This document shows positions 46,766 through 55,332 of a stretch of DNA of 64,000 bases, piece by piece. Origin of the DNA: Pseudomonadota bacterium (lineage in GTDB: Bacteria > Myxococcota > JACRCW01 > JAFGSX01); contig JBDRCO010000076.1 of assembly GCA_043821645.1 (NCBI GenBank), positions 130,965 through 194,964 of the forward strand, written 5' to 3'. Under the pieces are notes generated by a model, which was given only the letters and a program-made list of their open reading frames with translations, searched no databases and was not told the DNA's origin. The translations under genes and the position numbers were made by a program. Position 1 is the stretch's first letter. The number at the start of each line of letters is the position of its first letter.

Positions 46766-48667
46766 TCACAGGGTTGGCACAGCGGGAAGAGGAAGGTCGC
46801 CGCTGCCCAGGCGGGTGGCGTTGTTCCAGAACACGGTTTCCGGCGTCACGTAGACCGTTTGCGCCGTGGGGCTGTCCGGCAGCGTGGCAACCTCCTCGAC
46901 CTGCGCACCGCCTTGCGCATTCAGGCCCACCGGGTTGGAGAGCACGGCCACGCGGGTCAGGAGTCCTCCCGCCTCGGCGTAGCCCACACCCACGCTGGTG
47001 TGGTGCTCGATGCGCGAGTCCACCAGCTCCAGCCAGGCACCATCGATGGCGAGGGCGCCGAAGCCAAACCGACCTTCGGTGTCGGGTCGGGAGTCGTGGA
47101 TCAAGGATTGCGTGACCGTGACCCGGGCGCCTGGAGAAACTGCAATGAGATCGGTGACCGCGTTGCCGCGCAGCTCGCACCGCTCCAGCACCACCTGTGG
47201 TCCCTCGACCACGGCGAGACCATGGCCAAATGCCCCCTCCGCATCTGGTCGCGTGGTCGCGATGAGGCTGCGCTTCATGGTCAGGCGGGTCGCCGCGCCA
47301 ACAACCGCGACGCCCATGGCCTGGTTGTCGGCCACCGCCACGTCCTCGGCGGTAACATCTGCTCCGTTGGCGACAAACAACCCCAGACCCTGGGTCCCCT
47401 GCAGGTTGCTCGCTGTACCCACGATGGCGCTCCGGTTCAGCTCGAGGCGTGCTCCGGTGACCACGACCGCGCGGTCGAGGTTCCCTTTCAAGGTGCAGTC
47501 CTCGATGCGGGCCGAGCCTGACTGCTGCAGCTCGACGGCCTGTCCGAAGTAGCCACCAGGACCCGGCTGCATGTCCCCGATCACGCTGCGCCGCATCTCC
47601 ACCGTGGCGGCCGCGATGAACAGGCCGATGTCGCGATTGTTGAGCAGGGCGCTGTCATCGACGATGGCAACGGCGCCGGCGCGCACGATCAGGCCGCGAC
47701 CATTGCCGGTGCCAGACGACGCCACGCTGTCGTGCACCACGCTGCGCTGCAGGGACAGGCTGCTACCGCTTCCCGATACGTAGAGGCCCGCGTCCGCATT
47801 ACCGGCGACCTCGCTGTCGACCACCGCGACATCACCGCCAGATTCGATGTCGAGACCCCGTCCCATGGAGCCGTCGGCAAGCGGAACTGTGCCGCGCACG
47901 ACGCAATGGTCCAGTCGCACAGCGCCGCGAAAGGCCACCACGCCTGCCTCCTGGTTGGCCTCGAGCACCACCTCGCGCAGGTTCAGTTTTCCTCGAGTCA
48001 CCAGGGCGCCGTCGCGGTGTCCGCGCACCGTCAAACCCGCGACCGCGACCTGTGCCGCCGTCGACAGCCGCAGGCCAGCGGCCAACACCCCGGGGTTCTC
48101 GAGCACCGTCTCGGCAGCGCAACGTCCAACCACCGTGACGTCGCGCACGAAGTTCAGGGCTTCGCGATAGGTCCCGCGCTCCACCGCGATGACCGCACCC
48201 GCCGTCGCGGCGTCGATGGCCTCGCTCAGGGACCTGACATGCGTGGCGTCCACCGAGCCGTCAGGCAGGGCCGCGTCGACGAACAGCGTTGCCTCGGTAG
48301 GAGGGAAGCCCGCGTCGCAGTCCGCGAGCGGCTGGCACTCCCGGAGCCCCAGCGCTTGCCGGGTGGCGCCCGCGCACGGGGTCGCTGGCAGGACCGGAGC
48401 ACAGCCCCAGCCCGAGGGGTCGTCCTCGAATCCTTCGCCGCAGGCCGCGGGACCCACGTGCAAGCAGGTCGTGGTGCCAGGCTCGGCGCGCGTGCCGGCC
48501 GGGCAGGGTGCTGGAGGGATGGCTGGGATGCAGGGAGCGTCGACCGCGGGGCGCTGCTGGCCAGAGCCACAGTCCTGTGCCGGCTCCTCTGCCGGGCAGG
48601 CCGTTGCCAGGGTGAACGCCCCCATGATCACCCTCGAAGCAGCTCTCCATTCCACAGCACGGCGCAT
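46766..48667 (-). CDS. Right-handed parallel beta-helix lipoprotein
   Basis: Lipobox ATAC, Cys-rich N-terminus, GTYREAL..VTVVGRC, then repeated N...G and GxFGxG motifs. Confidence 0.8.
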   Translation of the reverse strand: MRRAVEWRAASRVIMGAFTLATACPAEEPAQDCGSGQQRPAVDAPCIPAIPPAPCPAGTRAEPGTTTCLHVGPAACGEGFEDDPSGWGCAPVLPATPCAGATRQALGLRECQPLADCDAGFPPTEATLFVDAALPDGSVDATHVRSLSEAIDAATAGAVIAVERGTYREALNFVRDVTVVGRCAAETVLENPGVLAAGLRLSTAAQVAVAGLTVRGHRDGALVTRGKLNLREVVLEANQEAGVVAFRGAVRLDHCVVRGTVPLADGSMGRGLDIESGGDVAVVDSEVAGNADAGLYVSGSGSSLSLQRSVVHDSVASSGTGNGRGLIVRAGAVAIVDDSALLNNRDIGLFIAAATVEMRRSVIGDMQPGPGGYFGQAVELQQSGSARIEDCTLKGNLDRAVVVTGARLELNRSAIVGTASNLQGTQGLGLFVANGADVTAEDVAVADNQAMGVAVVGAATRLTMKRSLIATTRPDAEGAFGHGLAVVEGPQVVLERCELRGNAVTDLIAVSPGARVTVTQSLIHDSRPDTEGRFGFGALAIDGAWLELVDSRIEHHTSVGVGYAEAGGLLTRVAVLSNPVGLNAQGGAQVEEVATLPDSPTAQTVYVTPETVFWNNATRLGSGDLPLPAVPTL

Positions 48668-48754
48668 GACCACCTCCGCGAGGCTGGCAGTCCGTCATTG
48701 TAGCGAATCGATGTCCGGGGTGGTGGAAAGGCCGGGCGGGGTTCTGGACCGGAC

Positions 48755-49951
48755 TCAGGGAGCGTCGAGCTCGGGCACGCTGACCTGGGGCTCACCGCGC
48801 ACGGGCAGGTCGCTCACCGGCGACACCAGGTTGGCGGGTACGTCGACGCTGGCCTGGGTGTTCTGCACCACGACCAGGTACTGGCCCTGCTGTGCCTCCA
48901 CGGTGGTCCGGGCGCTCAGCTGGATGCCTTCACCACCGCTGTCGATGAGAGCCTGGCTGCGGCCGTTGTTGTCGAGCGCAGCACCGTCGACATGGATGCG
49001 GGCACTGCTGCCAAGCACCGCCAGTCCGTCGCCGATGTCGCGCACCGTGCCCAGTTCCACCGGCACGGGCTTGAGCACGGTGCCGTCGATGCGTCCGCCC
49101 TCGATGCGTACGTCCTGGCTGTCGTGCAGACCCACGCCCACATAGCCATTGCCGGAGATTCGCGTCTGAGCTCCGCGGATGAGCAGTGCCGGGGCATCGA
49201 TGCTGCCCCGCAGCCCCTGTGCCCATAAACCCCGGTCCAAATTGCCGAGCACCTGCACGTCTTGCAGGCTGATCGCGGCACCACTGCCGTCGAGCACCAT
49301 GCCCAGATCGCTGTCCTTGACCTCCCCGCCTGTCATCTCGAGGCTGCTCTCGCCGGTGACGAACAGCCCGATGCCACCGCTGAGTCCTGTCGAGCGGTGC
49401 GCGGTGCTCGAGGTCGAGCAGAGCCTCAGCGCACCTGCGGCGAGACCGATGCCATAGCGGGAGCGCGTGACCACGCTGTCGTCGATGGTGATCGTGCCAT
49501 CACCTCGGGCGCAGCCCGCGTCCTGGCAGCGGATGCCAACAGCCCCCTGGGCGAAGTCCTCGATGGTCACCCCGCGAACCACCACGGCCGGGGCCGTGAT
49601 CCACAGCCCCAGTCCGGTGCCGCTGCGCAGTGTCAGGTTCGCAAGGGTGGCACCTTCGTGGTCCAGTCGAAGGGCCGCCGGCGCCTGCTCGCCGCGCAGG
49701 ATCACCTCGGCGTCCTTCTCGCCAGCAAGCACCACACCCGCTGGCACACTGCGGTCGCCGGTATAGCTCCCGGCCCGCAGCACCACGCAGTCGCCGTTGC
49801 TGGCCTCATCCAGCGCTCGACCCAGGGTCTCGTCGCCATCCGCCACCAGGATGCGCCCGTCGCAGACGGTGCCGTCAGGCAGGCTGGGCTGGCAGGCCGC
49901 GAGCACGACGCTCGCACAGGTCAGAAGCAGGACCTTTTCTCGCACCCTCAT
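48755..49951 (-). CDS. Right-handed parallel beta-helix lipoprotein
   Basis: Lipobox LAAC, GDCVVLRAGSY and beta-helix repeats. Confidence 0.75.
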   Translation of the reverse strand: MRVREKVLLLTCASVVLAACQPSLPDGTVCDGRILVADGDETLGRALDEASNGDCVVLRAGSYTGDRSVPAGVVLAGEKDAEVILRGEQAPAALRLDHEGATLANLTLRSGTGLGLWITAPAVVVRGVTIEDFAQGAVGIRCQDAGCARGDGTITIDDSVVTRSRYGIGLAAGALRLCSTSSTAHRSTGLSGGIGLFVTGESSLEMTGGEVKDSDLGMVLDGSGAAISLQDVQVLGNLDRGLWAQGLRGSIDAPALLIRGAQTRISGNGYVGVGLHDSQDVRIEGGRIDGTVLKPVPVELGTVRDIGDGLAVLGSSARIHVDGAALDNNGRSQALIDSGGEGIQLSARTTVEAQQGQYLVVVQNTQASVDVPANLVSPVSDLPVRGEPQVSVPELDAP

Positions 49952-49960
49952 GGCATCACC

Positions 49961-52900
49961 TCAGGGACAGGACGCGATCGAGGGATCGCGCTCGACCAGA
50001 CCTTCACGCCATTGCACCGGTATATCCCGCTGTATCTGCTGCAGAAACTTGCAGCGTGGCAAGGCGAACACATCGATGGGACCGATGGCACTGCCCAGTT
50101 CTGACGCCGCCAGGACGCCCCCCGCATCGACGCGGAGGTGCCGCACCGGACCGTGCAGCTGGGCGTCGAGTAGCAAGGCACCGCTTCGCGCATCCCAGAT
50201 CCCGACCACACCACTGGAGTACCCCGCCATCCAAGTTCCCATGGGACCGAAGGCCAGCGCGGTCACCGCACTGGAGGGAGTTCCCTCGAGCACCGGCGCG
50301 GTGCGCGTACGGCTGCCGCCACTGCGGTCGAGAACCTCGACGCTGCCATTGGCATAGCCCAGCAGGACGTGGCTGCCCCGGCTCGCCACGGCGGTGACGC
50401 CGCCATCCACCGGGATCGTGACCTGCAGCGCGCCCTGCACGTCGTGCACGAACAGCTGGTCTCCGGCGACCAGCAGGAGGTCGTCGCTGGCGTCAGAAAG
50501 AGCCATGGTACTCACACCCTGTCGCAGGAGTTTCTCGGCACCTGTCTCCGAGAACTGGCGCACCTCGCCGCCGCGGAGCAACAGGCATCCGTCGGTCCTG
50601 GCGAGCACCGGTCCCCGTCCTCCCACGGCGACCGAGAACAAGCGGCGGCCGTCCTTCAAACGCCAGAATTCCAGGTGCTGGCTGTCGAGCACCGCACACA
50701 GCACCTGCTCGCTGCGATCGAGGCTCGCCTGCCACGAACGCTGCAGTACCGGGTTGAGCCAGGCTTCCGCCGACTCCCGGCGGGTGGCGGGTGCGGCATC
50801 CAGGATGCGCCAGCCCTGCCGTGTGAACAGGGCTGCGGGGCGGGCCCACAGCAGCGGGGCATGCCACAGCGAATCTCCCGTCGCCACATCCCAGCGCCGC
50901 ACGGTGCCGTCGTCGGCAGCGGTGACCAGGGACTGACCGTCGGCGGAGAAGCGCAGCGCATTGACCTCGCTGTCGAGCCGCCCGAGCTCCCGCCCTGGTG
51001 ATCCACTCAAGGACCACAGCATGATCCGGCCGTCGGCTCCGGCGCTGGCCACGCGCGTGCCATCCGGAGCGATATCCACACCGTAGGCCCGGCCCTCGTG
51101 CTGTCCCAAGATGCGGACGTCCTGCCCCGGGGCGGCGATCCACAGGATCTGGCCACTGTCGCTGGCCAGGGCGATGCTGCCTGTGCTGCGCGCGACCGAG
51201 AGGCCTCGCACCGGCTGTGCCCGGGTGGTGAGCACGCGCGACGCGTGCGGCGCCTTCAGGTCCCACAAGCGCACCGTGCCATCGGTTCCCGTCGACAGCA
51301 GTCCTTGGCCCTGGCTGGTCCAGGCCACGGTAAACACCGAGCCCTGGTGTCCACGCAGGACCTGCATCTCGCGCCCGCTGCTCACCTCCCAGGTTCGCAC
51401 GGTGCCGTCATAGCTTGCGCTGGCGAGCTGGCGACCATCGGGCGAGAAGTGCACGTCGCTGATCACGCCCTCGTGACCGCTCATGTTGCGTCGTGGTGTG
51501 CGCTGGGCCACGTCCCATAGCCAGATCGATCGGTCGCGGCCGGCGCTGACCCACAACGAGCCGTCCGCCGAGGCGTCGACCGCGTGCACGGTGCCGATGG
51601 GACCGCGCAGGGTCTCCTCGAGTGATCCGCGGCGCGCATTCCACACTCGAAGAGTTCCATCGTAGCCCGCGGACAGGATGTGTTCGCCATCCGCGGTGTG
51701 GCACACGGCTGTCACACCGTCGACATGGGCTTGCTCGCGTCCGGGGAGGGCGCTGCGTTCGAGCTGCCACAGGCTCACCGAGCGATCGGATCCCGCACTG
51801 ACCGCGAGCGGTCGTCGCGCATCTGTGGCGAGGCCCAGGTTCCAGCCGGAGTGGGAAGAAAGGAGCGAGACAGATCCATCCTGCAGGTTCCATAGACGCA
51901 GGCTCTGATCCTGACTGGCCGAGATCAGCCGGGTGCCGGTGGCGTCGAAAGCTACGCGGTGCACGCCGGCGCCGTGCCCGCGCAGAACCTGGGGCGGGCC
52001 CGTGCCCGGATGCGGCCAGATGGCAATACTGCCGTCTGCTCGACCCGCGGCGATGCGAGTGCCGGCACGGTCCACGGCCAGGCTCAGCCAGGCACCCTGG
52101 CCCGCAAGCTCGAGGGTGGTCTCCCGCTCAGCCGGTTCGAAGCGCCACACGTTCACGGCCTCGGCATCCGCCGTGATCAGTCGGCTTCCATCCGCCGAGA
52201 AGAGGAGCGCATGCGTGGTGCTCGTCTCGGCGCGCCAGGTCCTGACCTCATCCCCTCCAGCCAGCGGCCACAGGCGCACGCTGCCGTCGGCAAGGGCGCC
52301 CGCGAGCAGGGGACGCGTGGGGTGAAAAGCCAGGTTCGCCACGTGGCGCGCCTCGTGGCCCAGCACCCTGACGCTGTGCCCGGCCAGATCCCACAGCCTG
52401 ACCTCACCGGACCAGCTGGCCGATGCGAGGAGCCGGCTGTCGGCCGAGAAGGCCAGTTCGAACACCTGATCGTCGTGGCCCCGCAGGCTGCGCAGGTCCA
52501 TGGTGTCGGTGTCGATGAGGTACACCGTGCGGTCCTGGCCCGCTGCAGCCACCGTCTGTCCGTCGGGGGACAGCTCGACATCGAACACGCCGGTGCCCAG
52601 GGTGCGTGTCCACAACACAGGTTGCGACTCGAGCTGCCACCACAGCAACCGAGTTCGGGCCGAATCCTGGATCTCGGCCGCGCTGCGCAACTTGGCGCGG
52701 GCTTCAAGCAGGCGGCCACGGCTCAGGGCCGAACTCGCCCCCTCGGCCAGTGCCAGGGCGCGCTCGCGCTCGGCATGTTCCTGTGAGCGGCGCACGCGCT
52801 GCATCTCGCGCACTGCCAGCACTGCGAAGGTCAGCGCCAGTACCGCGGAGCCGACCGCCACCGCCACCAGGATGCGCAGGCGCATTCGCCGCACCTGCTC

Positions 52901-54181
52901 CAGCCGCTGTACCTGTCCCATCGAGGTGGTGAGGAAGCGCGTGGCCGAGGCCGGCAGGGGCAGGGCGTTGTGCTCCAGCACCTGCTGCGCGCGCGCCACC
53001 ATCACGCTGTCCCACAAACCCGAATGCTGGCGGCCACTCTGCTCCCAGGCTTGCGCGGCCTCCTCGAGCTGCTCGACGACGCGCGCCGGACGGTCTCCGA
53101 GCAGGTCGCGCAGCACAGCTGCCACCTCCTCCGCTGAGGGGCGTGCGGTGGCGTCCTTGGCAAGGCAGCGCGCGATCAGGTCGTCGAGGGCTGCTGGAGC
53201 ACCGAGGTCCTCGGGGAGTCGCGGCGCCGTTTCACCCGAGCAGACTCGAAGTGCCACGTCGACCGCCACCGGACCCTCGAAGGGGCGCGTCCCCGCCAGC
53301 ATCTCGAACAGCATGACGCCCAGGGCCCACACATCGGACGCCTCGCTCACGGTCTGACCACGCCACTGCTCCGGTCCCATGTACGCCGGAGTGCCACACA
53401 GCTCGATATTCTCGCTGGGCTCGGTCGGGGCGGCCGGCGACAGGGCGCTGGCAATGCTTCGCATCTCGATGGGGACAGGGCGCAGCTTGGCCAGGCCGAA
53501 GTCCAGGACATGGACCCGGCCGTCGTCGCCAATCATGACGTTGTCAGGCTTGAGGTCGCGGTGTAGCACCTGGTGCCGGTGCGCCTCGTACAGGGCATCC
53601 GCCACGCCGAGGGTGATGGAGAGGATCTCCCGCCGCTCGAGCTGCCGCTGGCTCAGGTGGGCGCGCAGGGTCTCGCCCTCGATGTACTCCAGGGCCAGAT
53701 AGGGCCGCCCCCGGAACTCGCCGATGGAGTGAATGGCGACGATGTTGGGGTGGCTGAAGCGCGCCGTGGCGCGAGCCTCCTGCACGAAGCGCTGCTTGAT
53801 CTCCTCGGACTCGAGCAGATCCGCGGCGATGAGCTTGAGCGCGACGCGCCGCTTCAAGGTGGTGTCGAAGGCCTGGTAAATTTCTCCCATGCCGCCACGG
53901 CCGATGAAGCGCCGCACCATGAAGTGGTCGATCATTTGACCGGCGGCGACGGGTGGATCTTGCCGGTTGTGGCTGCTCAGTGCTGGATCGTCCTGGGCGG
54001 CGAAGCTGACGAGGGAGCGGCAGAAGGCGCAGGTGTCGACGTGGGCCTCGACCCTGGACTGGAGGTGGGCGGGCAGGCGGCGGTCCAGCAGGTCCAGCAC
54101 CTGTTCCTCGTCCAGGCAGTCCTCACCAGGCCAGGCTCCTGGGGGAACGGTCTGTGCGCTGGATGCATGCAGGTCGATCAT
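49961..54181 (-). CDS. Ser/Thr kinase with N-terminal anti-sigma zinc finger, TM and WD40 repeats
   Basis: HVDTCAFC (HxxxCxxC), IGRGGMG, HRDLKPDN, DFG and TPAYMGPE, then a TM and many GH..W(D/N) repeats. Alternative GTG start at 54220. Confidence 0.92.
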   Translation of the reverse strand: MIDLHASSAQTVPPGAWPGEDCLDEEQVLDLLDRRLPAHLQSRVEAHVDTCAFCRSLVSFAAQDDPALSSHNRQDPPVAAGQMIDHFMVRRFIGRGGMGEIYQAFDTTLKRRVALKLIAADLLESEEIKQRFVQEARATARFSHPNIVAIHSIGEFRGRPYLALEYIEGETLRAHLSQRQLERREILSITLGVADALYEAHRHQVLHRDLKPDNVMIGDDGRVHVLDFGLAKLRPVPIEMRSIASALSPAAPTEPSENIELCGTPAYMGPEQWRGQTVSEASDVWALGVMLFEMLAGTRPFEGPVAVDVALRVCSGETAPRLPEDLGAPAALDDLIARCLAKDATARPSAEEVAAVLRDLLGDRPARVVEQLEEAAQAWEQSGRQHSGLWDSVMVARAQQVLEHNALPLPASATRFLTTSMGQVQRLEQVRRMRLRILVAVAVGSAVLALTFAVLAVREMQRVRRSQEHAERERALALAEGASSALSRGRLLEARAKLRSAAEIQDSARTRLLWWQLESQPVLWTRTLGTGVFDVELSPDGQTVAAAGQDRTVYLIDTDTMDLRSLRGHDDQVFELAFSADSRLLASASWSGEVRLWDLAGHSVRVLGHEARHVANLAFHPTRPLLAGALADGSVRLWPLAGGDEVRTWRAETSTTHALLFSADGSRLITADAEAVNVWRFEPAERETTLELAGQGAWLSLAVDRAGTRIAAGRADGSIAIWPHPGTGPPQVLRGHGAGVHRVAFDATGTRLISASQDQSLRLWNLQDGSVSLLSSHSGWNLGLATDARRPLAVSAGSDRSVSLWQLERSALPGREQAHVDGVTAVCHTADGEHILSAGYDGTLRVWNARRGSLEETLRGPIGTVHAVDASADGSLWVSAGRDRSIWLWDVAQRTPRRNMSGHEGVISDVHFSPDGRQLASASYDGTVRTWEVSSGREMQVLRGHQGSVFTVAWTSQGQGLLSTGTDGTVRLWDLKAPHASRVLTTRAQPVRGLSVARSTGSIALASDSGQILWIAAPGQDVRILGQHEGRAYGVDIAPDGTRVASAGADGRIMLWSLSGSPGRELGRLDSEVNALRFSADGQSLVTAADDGTVRRWDVATGDSLWHAPLLWARPAALFTRQGWRILDAAPATRRESAEAWLNPVLQRSWQASLDRSEQVLCAVLDSQHLEFWRLKDGRRLFSVAVGGRGPVLARTDGCLLLRGGEVRQFSETGAEKLLRQGVSTMALSDASDDLLLVAGDQLFVHDVQGALQVTIPVDGGVTAVASRGSHVLLGYANGSVEVLDRSGGSRTRTAPVLEGTPSSAVTALAFGPMGTWMAGYSSGVVGIWDARSGALLLDAQLHGPVRHLRVDAGGVLAASELGSAIGPIDVFALPRCKFLQQIQRDIPVQWREGLVERDPSIASCP

Positions 54182-54301
54182 CCTGCTCCCGCTCGATTCC
54201 TGTGGGACAAGGTGCGACACCGGCTCGGAGGTCCCGAAGACGGTTCAGCAGGCCCCTTCAGTTCTGAGACGCCGGTCACAGAAACCGGTCGCATGACTTA
54301 C

Positions 54302-55168
54302 TCAGGAGTTTTCGTCATCTGCCCCACCTTCCTGAGCCTTGAGCAGGCGGAACAGTGACACGTCGAGCTGGCTGTGGATCAGGCGCACGATGCTGTCGAC
54401 CTCCTCGGTCCGGATGCGCGCGTGCGCGGCCAGCAACTCGCGGCTGCGCTCGCGCAGCTGGTCGCGGGTGTGCGACAGCCAGCGCGCCGCCGTGGCGCGG
54501 TGCACGCCGTAGATGGCGCCAATCTGGTCGATGTTGAGCCCGTCCACCAGCTGGTAGCGCAGCAGCGTTCGGTCGCGCGGTCCGAGTTCGAGGAGTGCCT
54601 GCTGGAACGCGTTCTTGAACTCGGCGCGGTACAGACGCTTGAGTACCTGAAGCTCGGGATCGTCGTCGTGCTCCACCGCATGGAGCAAGGTCTTCTCGGC
54701 GCGGGCCATTTCTCGCCCGGCCGAGCGAATCGCGCTCAGGCCTTCCCGCAGCGCCGCCACCCGCAGCCAGCGTCGCAGAGCGCCGCGCCCGGTGTACTGG
54801 CCCAGGCGGGGGAGCCGCCCGTCCTCCTGCACCAGGAGGTTGCGGCGGACGCGCTGCAGCACCTCATCGATGTCGACACCGCTGCGCGCCAGCGAGCGCA
54901 GGGCGCGTTCGAGATCGCTCATGTACAGCTGCTCGAACTGCTCCAGGGCCTGCCGGTCGCCCGCGAGGCAGCCGCAGGCCAGGTATAGATCCTCGACGTG
55001 GAGCTGGCGCATGGCCGCGCCCAGCGAACCCGACTGATCCTCGACCAGGGCGCTGGCCGCGTGGTGCAGCGTCTGCACGAACACGTCGTCCGCCACCTTC
55101 AGATCGGGCCAGGCCTGGCGCGCGCGCGTCAGCAACTCCTGTTCCAGCTGGTCGAGGTCAGTGGTCAT
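54302..55168 (-). CDS. ECF-type RNA polymerase sigma-70 factor, myxobacterial family
   Basis: DLYLACGCLAGD, YTGRGALRRWLRV, region 4 LGPRDRTLL..IDQIGAIYGVHRATAARW. Confidence 0.88.
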   Translation of the reverse strand: MTTDLDQLEQELLTRARQAWPDLKVADDVFVQTLHHAASALVEDQSGSLGAAMRQLHVEDLYLACGCLAGDRQALEQFEQLYMSDLERALRSLARSGVDIDEVLQRVRRNLLVQEDGRLPRLGQYTGRGALRRWLRVAALREGLSAIRSAGREMARAEKTLLHAVEHDDDPELQVLKRLYRAEFKNAFQQALLELGPRDRTLLRYQLVDGLNIDQIGAIYGVHRATAARWLSHTRDQLRERSRELLAAHARIRTEEVDSIVRLIHSQLDVSLFRLLKAQEGGADDENS

Positions 55169-55332
55169 TTTCGCACGCGCTCCGACGGCGCGATGCGCCC
55201 GGATCGTGATGTCTCCATCTTGCCACTGTATGCCGGCCAGGGTCACGTCGAAAGCCTCCCGCTGCACGCGTTGCGCTGGTAGGTGCGCAGCGCGTACAGT
55301 TTCATTCACGTCGACCGGCATGGGGAGTCTCG